This document shows positions 27,701 through 40,078 of a DNA stretch of 64,000 nucleotides, one piece after another. The DNA is from Eledone cirrhosa (Eukaryota). Positions within the stretch are counted from its first letter, which is position 1, and each line of letters opens with the position of its first letter. Made by a program: the position numbers and the translations under genes. The stretch lies in contig OZ024742.1 of the NCBI GenBank assembly GCA_964016885.1, positions 23,684,001-23,748,000 of the forward strand, in the 5' to 3' direction. The notes under the pieces are model-generated. The model saw only the letters and a program-made list of their open reading frames with translations. It did not search any database and was not told the origin of the DNA.

Positions 27701-28676
27701 CAGTAATGCTTAGTTTGTTTGTGATGATAATGTTTTTGAGAATTATGTTAGTCTTGTGTATTATCTTTTGGTTCTGTTTGGAGTTCTGGATCTTAGGGAG
27801 GGTGCCTCGTTCCCCCATGTCAGATTCTTTCATTTTCATCCATTCGATCATAATTTCATCCTTCAAGTTGGCAAGTTCATTCTCATTCATTTCTTTATCA
27901 TTTACGATCTCATTATTTTCATTTGGAGTTTCATCCTGAGCATGCACTCCCTCCACTTTTTCGCTCCTTTCTTTAATTTGTTCTGTTGCCAGTGATTCCG
28001 CCCCAACTCTGGGATTCGAAGTGTTACAGTTTACCTCGTTTTCACTGACACATGCTTCATTTTCCCTTCGCTGACTTTGTGCTACTAGCTTGATCTGATC
28101 AATTTCTATATCAGTTAGTAACTTTTTTCTTACAATATTTCTTCGTATATTGGCTAGTTTGTTACTGTCAATATAGCCTCTGTTTTCGGGATGTTTCTTT
28201 TTCCAGTTGATATATGTTTGCTCTGTATTCGATGTATTTGATGGGTAGTACATGGCAGTGTAGAAAGCCTCAAGGACTTCTTTATTATCTTCCCTTGACC
28301 ATTTTTCTCTCTTTTTCTTTGGATTTCTTGGTGGTGAGCATGGAGGGCCAACAGTAGGAGTATTCCGGTTATGGGAGGTCTCCAGCTCCGAAGTGATGGG
28401 AAGGTTTGAACCATTAGCTGATTTTTCGACCCCAGTCTGGTTCCTCTCTGAGGGACGCGGCCCTTTTTTACCCGGGTGACGGCCGATCCGGTATGAGATT
28501 TCATCATTAGACATCTACTTTATTTTGTCGCGTTTTATCCTTATCCGCCAAGGGGTAATCTTTTCGTGTTACCACTTCTAGAACGAGTGTCAACCAAGAC
28601 TAGAGGGGTCGTTCTCCCCTAGAGACATGGCTATTCCCCGCCGGCCGCCATCCCGGTATTTCTTGGTCACGGGATT
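24724..28676 (-). mobile_element. Near full-length R4/Dong-clade non-LTR retrotransposon (single RT + RLE ORF), 3' end abutting (TAA)n
   Basis: ORF architecture as in the next feature. The 3' UTR ends at the (TTA)n array 24675-24723. Dong-type elements are known to target TAA repeats. Confidence 0.85.
24865..28514 (-). pseudogene. RT-RLE polyprotein (~1215 aa) with two in-frame stops (about 27219 and 26202) and one frameshift (about 25750)
   Basis: N-term KWSREDNKEVLEAFY. RT motifs WKSPGKDKI, NYRPITCL, WIDYKKAFDS, GIFQGDSLSPLLF, YMDDLKLF. CCHC finger CRVC..ETIDHIISMC. RHD, then RPDII..ID..K..KY..L RLE and PVVVGALG. Confidence 0.92.
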
Positions 28677-29025
28677 TTTTTTTTGTTGTTTTTTTTTAAA
28701 TTGTTATTATCATGAGTGGTTCCTTAATGTGAGCATTGCGTGGCTTAAGAATGAAATTATTAATAATTGTCTCCACTCCAGGCCAGCAATCACCCAGTGC
28801 ATTACAATAATATAATATACTTTTTGTTGTAGTTGGCTGTTATTGCTGCTGGCTATGTCGGTGGTGGTGCCGGGGCTTTTTATATTGTTGGTGAGGAAGG
28901 GGTGAGCCAGCAGTCCCATAATTGTTGATGTAGACGTTTGTCCGTGGCAAGGTCACCAAGTCAATCTATTTATATCTTTTGCTAGCCTCTCTCTTGTCTA
29001 GTGCTACCACCACCTTCCCTTTTCC

Positions 29026-29027
<2 letters not shown>

Positions 29028-29091
<64 letters not shown>
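29028..29091. repeat. (TTA)n microsatellite, left flank of the Tx1 element
   Basis: Direct reading. Confidence 0.95.
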
Positions 29092-29306
29092 GGCGACCTA
29101 TGTAGTAAATCGTATCATCGTGAGCTCCGCAAAGGTTTGTTATTTTTAGTTATTTAAAATTGCCATTTATGGAAATGTTTATTGTTAACTGTATATAAGT
29201 GCACATACATTGATATCTGAAAAGGACACTCAAAAATATTGTGGCCTTGAGTCCAAAATTTAAACTTTTTATAATTATCAAACAAAAAATGTTTCTTTGA
29301 AAAATA

Positions 29307-30597
29307 ATGGATGACTCAGATTCACTCCTTCCTCACAATCCAACACCTCACACCGACACCAACATTGTAAATATTGCTACGTTTGCCAACACTGGAATTG
29401 TAAGCAGTAGCAATATTTTAAATTTGTCTCAGGCAGACGTTCATTTCCCGCCATTACCAATGACTGCAGGTGTTAAAGCCGCCGCCACCACCACCACCAC
29501 CGCGACAATCACCACCTCCACCACCACCACAGCGACAACAGAAACAAAAGAAAAAATAAATTAACTCGTGATATCGAAATGAATTCAACCAAAATGAACT
29601 CTTCCACACCGAACACCACTAACCCCACCACCACCACAACTGAAACTAAAATTAACAATAGCAAAAATAACGATAACAACAACAGCAACAATGAAATTAA
29701 GAAAACTACCCTGAGTTTTGCCAGAGTAGCAAAAACGTGCGAAGCGATCCAGGTAACTCAGGAGGAATTAGAAGAAGCCAAAGGAATGGTAAAGAAAGAT
29801 GGGTACAGGGTCAGCCTCACTGACGGCAGCCACCTCACCGTAATCGTCGAGGGCAGAAGACCTAGGTGTGTCGTTTGTGGTGAAGGAACCCACCTAAGGG
29901 CTTTTTGACTCAGGCTAAAAGGTTGAGGCCAGCTCTCTTACCCACCCCAGTGACTCAACCATCAACACCACCAGCAGCAGAAATTGCAGCAACAACTGTA
30001 GCAGCAACAACAGGAGCAAATGTAACAGCAACAACCCCAGCAACAGTAGCAAAACCAAGATCACCACCATCCAACGCGCCAGAACTAGCACCAGCGCCTA
30101 CACCATCCACCACGCCGCAACCAAAACCAACGCCTGTGGAGGATTTTCCACTCCCCGACCTATCGCAACTGGAGACAGATTGTGACGACGAGGAGTGGGA
30201 AACGGTATCAGGAAAAAAGAAAAAAAGAAAAAGAAATAGCACGACCATCACCATCATTAACCACAACACCACCATCACCAACACCACAAAAGTCACCAAA
30301 AAGCGAAACAGAAACAAACCCACAACAAACGCAATCAAACCAAAACAACCAAAACGATACACATTATACAGCTTTAAATTTGAACATCAACCAATTACTA
30401 CACTACATCCAACACAACACCAGCATCACAGAAAAAGACTAAACAGCAACCCAAAAGTTCACACCACCTCCACACATACAAATCACTCGCATCACACAGA
30501 AAACATACACGACACTAAAACAAAAATTCCCCAAAGACATCGGAGATTCCGACAAACACTCTCCAGGAGGATTTATAAGGACATCCTCCCGGAGTAG
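29307..30597 (+). pseudogene. Tx1 ORF1 (gag-like, zinc knuckle), disrupted
   Basis: VIVEGRRPRCVVCGEGTHLRAF* (CCHC knuckle with the last C lost to a stop), Pro/Thr-rich linker, EEWETVSGKKKKRK motif typical of Tx1/L1 ORF1. Confidence 0.7.
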
Positions 30598-30695
30598 GCC
30601 ACAAGCAGTGAAAAGGATGGAAAAACCATCCTTCCTCTACGAGAAGTAAGGTAAGTGGTCTTTCCCATCTTTTCCACTCCATTTCAACATAACCT

Positions 30696-33600
30696 CACTC
30701 AGAATAGGCAGCATAAATGCGCGTGGATTGGGGTCGTCATGAAAGCAGGGCCATCTGCTCAACGACCTCAGTTCACTAAACATAAATGTAGTGGCCATCA
30801 GCGAGACAAGAATCTCCGAAGCACGGGCCTTCGCACCGATCTTCGGCGGCTACGATGTGTACGCATCTCACAGCCGTCCGGGATCGGGGGTAGGAGTTAC
30901 TGTGCTTTTTCGGAGAGGTTTGGATCTCGCCATACGGGCCATCTTCCTGGACCCAGAAGGTAAGTTGGTGGTGCTAGACGTGACCAGCGGAGACAAGCAA
31001 GCTTTCAGTCTATTGGCCGTCTATGCCTCGACAGGAGCAGAACGGCCAGATTTCTTCCGGCGTCTGGATACCTTTCTTGGAACGTCCCGCTCTTTAGTGT
31101 AAGTGGGCGACTGGAACGGGATCTTAGATGCACGCTGGGACTGTGTGGGATCAGCGGATAGAGGAGGAGGGTGCAAAAGCCTCACCAACCTGCTCAGGCG
31201 TTTTGAACTGTCTGACAGGTACCGATTGGATTTCCCGAATGTGCCAATGTGGACTTGGACAAATCGCATAGTGTCATCCAGATCATATCTAGATAGAGTA
31301 TTTTGTAGGGAAATAGATAGGTCTAGCATAGGCTGTCCACAATTCAAGATAGTCAGCTACACGGACCACAAATTCGTGATTTGTGTGCTTGACTTAGATA
31401 GGCTTCATAGACGAGGACCCGGCTACTGGAAGCTAAACGCATCCTTACCAGCACGCAAGGCCTACAGAGACCGGATTAGCGGGCGTTGACAGGGGCCATC
31501 GTCAACAACAAGTGGTGGTTTTCTCTGAAAAGAGCAATTAGAATAGAGTCCATTAGGTTTAGTAAGGCTTTAGCAATAGAGAAAAATAGAGCAGAGGGAG
31601 AATTAGAAAAAATAGACGAGGCGCTTAGAAAAGGCATTGCGACCGACGTACTTGCGGCGAAATTGGCCCTTGACCAATTCTTCAATGCAAAGCACGAAGG
31701 CTGCGTTATCAGAGCTAGGGTGCGTGGTCTGACACGAGGGGACGAAAGCCGTTCGATGGGCCCGAGTGGCGGAGGCGCGTCGTGGCAACAGAGCCACGAT
31801 CCGGTCTTTGGTGGACCACGACGGGCGCATGCTACTCGATCCTGGGCAAATGTGTGAAGTCTTTCAGCGACACTTCGCACAGCAGTTCGGGCGTAGCGGC
31901 GGGCCGGATCGAGGCTATGGACTTTAGTGTCTACCTCGACGGACTGCCGCGGCTCTCGGCCACTGACGCGGAGTGTTGCGAAAAGCCGATAACAGCCGCT
32001 GAAGTACGGGAGGCAATGACTGGCTGCACAAGGGGTAAATCGCCTGGTTTGGATGGTCTGCTCTATGAACTTTACGTACAGATGCCAGACTTGTTCGGAG
32101 GCCTCTTGGCGGATGTCTACTGCAACTGTCAACAGAACGGGAGAATTCCCAGCTCTGTGAGCCGAGGAGCTGTGGCGCTGCTGAGAAAGGATCCTAACAA
32201 GGGGGATAACATAGATAATTTCAGGCCCATAACTCTGCTAAACACAGAGTTCAAGATTTTGTCCAAGGTGCTAGCAAAGAGGTTGGCGCTTGTCGTTGGT
32301 GGTCTGGTGGGAGAGGCGCAGACGTACGCCATTCCCGACAGATCCATCCACGACAACCTCCACCTCATGCGATACATCGTAGAGAGGGTAGCTAGGGAAC
32401 CTGGCACGGGTGGGTCCTTGATCAATTTAGATCAGTCGAAAGCTTTCGATAGGGTCGACCATCGTTACCTAGCGGCAATCCTGAGGGCGGCTGGTTTTGG
32501 GCCCGTCTTCAGAGGCTGGATCGCTGCTATGCACAGCGACATCTGCTCTGTGGTGAGAGTGAACTGTCACCTTTCGGAACCGTTAGACATCATGGGCTCG
32601 GTCCGCCAAGGATGTCCCCTCTCGTCCCTCCTGTACGTATTGACTCTCGACCCATTACTGCACAAACTGGAGACGTTAAGGAGGATCCCGCGCGAACTAG
32701 GATGCGGAAGATCCGTGTCAGCATATGCGGACGATGTCACCGTAGTGGTGTCGAACGCCAAACACATCGAGGCGATCGGCACTACACTAAGAGAATATGA
32801 AGCGTTGACAGTAGCAATGGTCAACCAGGAAAAGTCAGTGGGCCTGCAGCTCGGCACCTCGAGAGGCAGGTCCATGCCGTCCAACAGCGTCGTCGGGCGC
32901 TGGACAGACAGACCGGTTAAATTGCTAGGGGTCTGGTTCGGTCGGGACCTCCAGACGGACAAAATCTGGCACGAGGTGACGAGCAGGGTGGCTTCTCTCA
33001 CCCAGAAATGGGCGGAGAGCAAGCTATCCCTGAAAGGTCGAACGGAGGTGGCTAACGCGTACATCGCGTCCGTCATCTACTACCGTCTGACCGTCGTACC
33101 TTGTCCTAAGCCCCGCATGACTGCGCTGGAGGGTTTTCTCTTTCGCTTTTTGTGGAAGGGACGCGCTCCGATGGTCAGGTGGTCCATCTGTTGTCAACAC
33201 CCGCTAAGTGGAGGGCTGGGCATGCCGTGGCTGATGTCGCGCTCAGTCTACGACATCTCCACCTTTTCCTCGACGGTGATCAGGTGTGGTCGCCGTTTGC
33301 TAGACACGTATTTCCCCAGCTTGTTTCCTTGACGGAGCTGCAGTCCTGGGTCAAGCGAAGACCGAAAGGGAGCCCCTGGAGACTTGAATGTCTTCAGGCG
33401 CTCACAGCGCTCGACTAATCGGGCAATGTAATCGGTGGAAACTCCGCCTTGGCGTTCTATAGAGGATTAGTGGAGGGGAAGAGCGAGGACATAATTGGGG
33501 AAACTCTAGGCGTCGACGAAAATCAACTAGCCAATATTTTCGGAAGAACTTTCGGGCCGGGGCCTATGGACAACTTCCAGAAATCTCTGGCCTGATAGTG

Positions 33601-34080
33601 CTACCGAGGGGCCTTGGCAGTTCGAGATAAACTCTACAGTCATGGAGGTGCCGTCAGCCGGACATGTCCGAGATGCGCGCAGACGACGAGGCCGTCCTGC
33701 ACGCACTCGTCCAGTGTCCGAAAATTGCTGACTTGTGGGTTTATGTCGAACACCTGCTGTCGCGTGTAGGACGAATCGGGCTTTCCTCTGAATCCATCGT
33801 GAGGATTGCCCCGCCCTCTTCCTTTAGCCGGGAAGGACAGGCAGTTTTTCTCTGTCTGATGGCCATGGCGAAAGAGATAGTATGGTGGACACGTTTGAAA
33901 GGGCTGAAGACGAGCACTTACCTCTTCAGTGATGCCCTGATTGACTTTTTCAAATTTCATTTGAAAAGGAAAATCAGAGTAGAGAGGGAAGTGCTCTCTT
34001 CCCAGCATTTTGTTGAAAGATGGGTGAGAGAAGCAAGAATGGCCCGAGTGAATGGGCCTAATCTGAGTATATATCTGTAA
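30696..34080 (+). pseudogene. Tx1 ORF2: APE endonuclease, reverse transcriptase and C-terminal zinc finger, with several stops and frameshifts
   Basis: APE: IGSINARGL, AISETR, VYAS, GDWN, SRSYLDRV, YTDHK. RT: KSPGLDGL, NFRPITLLN, DQSKAFDRVDH, SVRQGCPLS, AYADDV. C-term CPRC..HALVQC. Confidence 0.92.
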
Positions 34081-34319
34081 ATTAAAGGTGGAAAACTGGG
34101 AGAGGGCACTTGCCTTGGTGGTCAGGGTCACTGTGGCCTTTCACTGGGCTTTCTCCACAAATGTCACTCCGAAGTCTCACCCTATTGGGGAATTTTTCAT
34201 TGTTATTTTTTGTTGCATCCTCTGTTTTTGTTTTTTACACGCAGAAATGTACCGTCCTGTATTGTCCTGCACTGTCCTTAATGTCTAATTGATGTAAACC
34301 CTTGTGGTTAATAAAGAAA

Positions 34320-34418
<99 letters not shown>

Positions 34419-34945
34419 TTATTATTATTATCGTTATTGTTATGCATAATTAAAATTGTCACGAATATACGTAACATCTCAAAGAAAAGAGGTCTTTTAA
34501 AAGAACTCATTCACAGAAGCAAATATATACATATAATATCTTACACAAAATCACTGAAGGGTAAAGTACCCAAAAGAACATTTTACAAGCATCATTCCCT
34601 AAGGATATACATAGAATATATATATATATATATATTATAATTTAAAAAAATATATGATCAACACTACTGTGTTTTTTTTTTTGCAAAATGACAATATTTT
34701 TTAGCCAGATAGAAATACCTTAATTCAAGTACATATAGTCCGTCTGTATCGATCTAGAGAATATTAAATATTAAATCTATACTTACAGACGTAAAATGGC
34801 AACTGCCTGGTGCCTAGACAAGTTTACATTTCAAAATTCAAACCTTTTCAGCAGATCGGACGGAACTTCAAAACATAAACCTGTTTCACAAGGGATGTTA
34901 TACTAATGAAATAATTAATTAATTACGGAACAACTATTTATAAAA

Positions 34946-35025
34946 TAATTATTAGTGAAGTAATCAATTTTCTGTGATCTTCGGTAGGCACCCAGAAATT
35001 AAAATCACTTCTCCTCAGATAATAT
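34946..35025 (-). ncRNA. Probable hammerhead ribozyme (slightly degenerate stem III)
   Basis: Minus strand: attat-CTGAGGA-gaa gtgatttt...aagatcac a-GAAA-at tga(ttact)tca c-TA-ataat. Confidence 0.5.
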
Positions 35026-35289
35026 CTTAAGACTGATCTGTCGCAAGCCTAATACATGTGCTTTTGCACACGACCTTCTCAGCATTCAGGCTCATATCCA
35101 TGGCGCTAGAAATAGCGGCCGGGAATATGTGATTATGAATTCAGCTCCACCGTAGGAGCAGATTAATGTGATTATATATATACGATATTAACAAATGGAA
35201 ACTATATTTATAAAACGATATCTATGAGTGCTTTATATCAGTTATAAAAATATTTGCTTGTTGTATCCCAACAATTTAAATAGAACTTT

Positions 35290-35385
<96 letters not shown>

Positions 35386-35592
35386 CATAGTGGTGGAACA
35401 CTCGCAGTCAGTGTTGCTGCATACAAAATTACAATTATTTCGATATCGGTTAGCTCATGGAACAATCGGATGCTTCGAACGGTGCGTGCGGATTGTTAAG
35501 ACCCTCTACCTGCTATATATATATATATATATATATTTCGTTTCTGAATTTGTTTAGCAAGATTCTTTATCTGAAAACGTGTGTTGAAACCG

Positions 35593-35780
35593 ATATTGTT
35601 ATACTTTGGGAGGGTCATGTTGCCAATAAGAAACACACGCACCAGATGCTTTCACTTCAATTTATTATAATAAATTTATAAATTCCTAAATTTATAAATT
35701 TATTATAATAAATTGAAGTGAAAGAAACTGGTGCGTGTGTTTCTTATTGGCAACATGACCTTCCAAAAGTATAACAATAT
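35593..35780. repeat. Fold-back palindrome (~90-bp arms) of a dispersed repeat end also seen at 56310-56372 and 57550-57615
   Basis: atattgttatactttgggagggtcatgttgcc... mirrored around about 35685. Confidence 0.85.
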
Positions 35781-35990
35781 ATATATATATACATATTATA
35801 TAGCGTTAAACCTTGAACAACACATAAAAAAGATCAATACTAGAAGGTTAAACGAAAACACTAAAAACATAAGTACAAAGAACACAAAAAAACAGTAGAC
35901 GATACACTACAGAACATAAATAAACCACACCTAAGTTCGTCCGCAATACTACTCCAGAGTAAACCTCACTACAAAACCAACGTACACAAC

Positions 35991-36419
35991 TGTAACTGCA
36001 CCTATCCTGACAATTGGCCCCTCGGCAATAACTGCCTTGAAAAAAATATCTATAAGTGTACCATTAAATCCGGAGGCAACGAGTGGTATTACGTGGGATC
36101 AACGGCAACATCGTTTAAATCTCGATTTTATAGGCATTCTTACTCAATAAAACACCAGAGCCAAAGAAATGTAACAATTTTAGCAGAAAAAGCTTGGACA
36201 CTCAGCGATAGCGATCAAAAGTTTACCCTAAAATGGGAGAAATTAGCTAAAACCCAAAGCTTTTCCAGGAGCCAAAACTTGTGCGAATTGTGTAATCTTG
36301 AGATTTATTACATAATCACACACAAGAAGAAATTGCTTAATAACAGAATTGAACGAACATTATTCTGCCGTCACCGAACTAAAGTCCTTTTTTCCCACTA
36401 CAAGCTGAATATTACATAA
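35991..36419 (+). pseudogene. Penelope-like element (Neptune-type) GIY-YIG endonuclease, C-terminal fragment
   Basis: CNC..WPLGNNCLEKNIYKCTI...YYVGST..SFKSRFYRH...KW..LAK...CELCNLE..YI...LLNNR.E....CRHR. Confidence 0.85.
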
Positions 36420-37048
36420 AAGAGGGACATCCCCCCAAATATATAAACCTCAATCTAGTTAGAAAATATAAAAACAATCTCTTCTCAACATATATATGTA
36501 TATTAATAACCTTAAATTACCACACTAATAATGGAAAGATAGGCTGATGAGAATAGGTGCTAATATGCTATAATGAATGTGTCTAAAAGCGACCATATGT
36601 ATGTATATATATGTGAAAATGTATATAAATAAGTAAATATATATATATGTTTGATGTGGATAGTTAGATGTATGTGTATTCATGTATTAAAGTGTTTTTA
36701 TATATATATATATATATACACATAGACAGGAGTATGTATGTATATATGCATGTGTCTATACGTGTGTATATGAAGATAAGTTGAGTATAAAAATGTATAT
36801 ACATGAATGCGTATGTATGTACATATATCTGTGTATATATATGTATATATATATATGTGCAGGTATATATGTATATAAGTATGAGCATGTAAGTATGTGT
36901 ATGTGAGTGTATGTATTTTGTAGAGGTGTGCATATATGTTTGTGTGTGAATGTGTGGGAGAACGGATACGTACACTTGAAAGAAAAATTTAAGTCTGTAT
37001 GTTAATTAAGTGCAAACATAAAACCAACCATTCATATCTTTACTCTCT

Positions 37049-37417
37049 CTAATCCTTCTATAGATTTAGAAAAATAACCAACGCCAAATAATGTATTCTA
37101 TAAAAATGTCAAAACAAGAGATGGGAATCTAATTACTCACTGCTACCAAAAATTCTCACTGCTATCAAAAGAATCTCTATCCACTCCCTTAACTATTCTT
37201 CCAACAACTTCGCCCCTCCCTCTTAATATTCTCTATAAAAACCAAACAGGTTCACAATAAAATTATTCTGATGAAATGATAGTTGATAATAAGATTGAAA
37301 TATTGAGTGTCTGCATAATTAATACTTTGTAGATAGCAGCTGTTTTCAGATTATGTAACTGTTATTGAAACACGTGTCAATAAATTCCTTTTAACTGAAC
37401 TGTATCCATTTAAATCC

Positions 37418-37424
<7 letters not shown>
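37049..37424 (+). mobile_element. Penelope-type pseudo-LTR/3' region (second copy at 56941-57300)
   Basis: About 360 bp closely similar to 56941-57300. Lies downstream of the GIY-YIG ORF and ends in (TA)n. Confidence 0.75.
37261..37386 (+). ncRNA. Type I hammerhead with long (~90 nt) stem II insertion
   Basis: ttatt-CTGATGA-aatgatagtt...aactgttatt-GAAA-c(acgt)g-TC-aataa. Stem II base has 10 bp. Palindromic CACGTG stem III. Confidence 0.85.
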
Positions 37425-37462
<38 letters not shown>

Positions 37463-37829
37463 ACGTTTATCTGGATTTCAGTCTTTATATTTATTGTTAC
37501 CACTATACACATACACACATACACTCCCACACCCACCCACACACACTCATATATATATATATATATATGTGTGTATGTGTGTGTGTGTGTGTATGAAAGC
37601 AATAAGTGGGTGCTGTGCTGAACACTTATCTCTTTATAATACATTGCTATTGTATGTCCCTCTTCATCGGATAAATCTGTATTTCAAGATTTCACAGTTT
37701 ACAGAACTAATGGAATATATATGAATAACCTCGGAATTACACAACATTTCCATTTCATCTCATAGACCACGTGATTATATCGAGGGCTGTGGTTTGCGCC
37801 CGGATTATTTAATATTTTCTAAACCTTAC

Positions 37830-37958
<129 letters not shown>

Positions 37959-38009
37959 GTACTTACACACACACATATATATATATATATAGATATGAAT
38001 GTATATATG

Positions 38010-38107
<98 letters not shown>

Positions 38108-38149
38108 CATATATATATATATATATATAAATATAAATATATATAATAC

Positions 38150-38489
38150 AATAACAGAGATAGTTTAAAGCTAAACTCTGACTGGTAACCATCTCACTCA
38201 ACAAACATTAGGTTATATTTTAATATAAACCCAATTTAAGTGTTTGGGGTGCTACAATATGTATTATGTGGAAAAAGCCAGTTGTATCATTTTATGAGAT
38301 ATAATTAAAGTTAAAATATATCTCTCTTCCCAAACAATTGTTTCATTATAAGTTTTCTACAAATTCGGAGAATATTTCCAGTTTATGTAGATTCCTAATA
38401 TACATTCATGTAAGAATATATTTAGGTGGGCGTTTATAAATCACCAGTGGAAGCCCATTAAACTTTGATATAAGAAAAACATTTCTTAC

Positions 38490-38490
<1 letters not shown>
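38150..38490 (-). mobile_element. (TA)n-embedded dispersed repeat, family shared with 42030-42368, 45510-45790 and 45892-46050
   Basis: ctcactcaacaaacattagg, ggg(g)tgcta, atgaga(t/c)ata and gtttcattataag blocks. Confidence 0.7.
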
Positions 38491-38561
<71 letters not shown>

Positions 38562-38565
38562 GAGA

Positions 38566-39081
<516 letters not shown>

Positions 39082-39087
39082 TATATA

Positions 39088-39508
39088 ACGAAGGAAATGT
39101 GGTAAGGAACCAGGTGGACCATAACGCCCCAAAGTACTCAATACTTAGGGTAGTAGAGTGGGTAATAGGAAGGAGCAGGACCCCGACGGCTGAGCTGAAG
39201 CCGTTTCGACGGCTAATTCTGGACTAAATGAAAATTTTTATCATGGTATATGAATACCCGAGCTTCTCAGGGGGTAATTCCATATATGGTAAAAGTTATT
39301 GTCATAAGGATTGGTCAAAAGTTTGTTGTTGAGACACATAATTCTATCATGGCAATTTGTAGAGGGAAGGGATAGCTGAACCTGCCAGTAGAAGAATTAC
39401 CCCCTGAGAAACTCGGCTATTCATATACCAGGATAAAAATGTTCATTTAGTCCGGAATTAGCCGTTGAAACGTCTTGAGCTCAGCCGTCGGGGTCCTACT
39501 CGTTCCTA
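39088..39508. mobile_element. (TA)n-embedded element with inverted duplication (39166-39279 versus 39394-39508) carrying a hammerhead-like fold
   Basis: Inverted arms read directly. Homologous to 6522-6712. Confidence 0.8.
39399..39494 (+). ncRNA. Hammerhead-like ribozyme with variant core CUGAGAA
   Basis: acccc-CTGAGAA-act cggcta...tagccg tt-GAAA-cgtct(tgagctc)agccg-TC-ggggt. Mirrored copy on the minus strand at 39179-39276 has stem III cggct/agccg. Confidence 0.6.
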
Positions 39509-39855
39509 TATATATATATATAGATACACACATATACATATGCATGTATGTATGTATAACGAAACTATATTCCCTGACTCAAACACTCACGATTACCTCA
39601 GGTTTGTTTGAATGTATTTCTTAAATCTCATATATTGAAATAGAATTGAAATAGAACTGATTTTGTTTCAATTAAATATTATACAATATTCCACATGATA
39701 CTATTTCAGTACAGCTCTGTTTCTCTGGACTATAAATATATCTCCTTGCCTTCAGCTCACGATTTATACATCTGATTGACACATATAAGTTTTTCTCTTT
39801 CATCATATTCAAATTTGGTGTATACACACATACAAAGCTATATATATATATATAC

Positions 39856-39905
<50 letters not shown>

Positions 39906-40078
39906 GAACGTCAATACTCATCTTTTTCCACTTATCTGAGGATTCTAAACCCCATTATCAGACTAAAATTTCTTTAGTCGAAAAATACGGTGAAAGCTAT
40001 TCTATTTTCTAATTTCAAACCTGCTCACTGTTTCAAAAACATACTTACTCGTTATATATACATATATATATATATATA

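Larger units (their letters stand above)
29092..34321 (+). mobile_element. Full-length decayed L1/Tx1-clade non-LTR retrotransposon inserted in (TTA)n
   Basis: ORF1 + ORF2 layout, 3' UTR with aataaa at about 34310, (TTA)n on both sides. Confidence 0.88.

Noticed and set aside
31021-34131. Antisense ORFs over the Tx1 element (and plus-strand ORFs over Dong)
   Set aside because: Shadow ORFs of retroelement coding sequence.
36538-36600. CTGATGA after the GIY-YIG ORF as a hammerhead
   Set aside because: No GAAA or convincing stems II and III. At best a decayed remnant.
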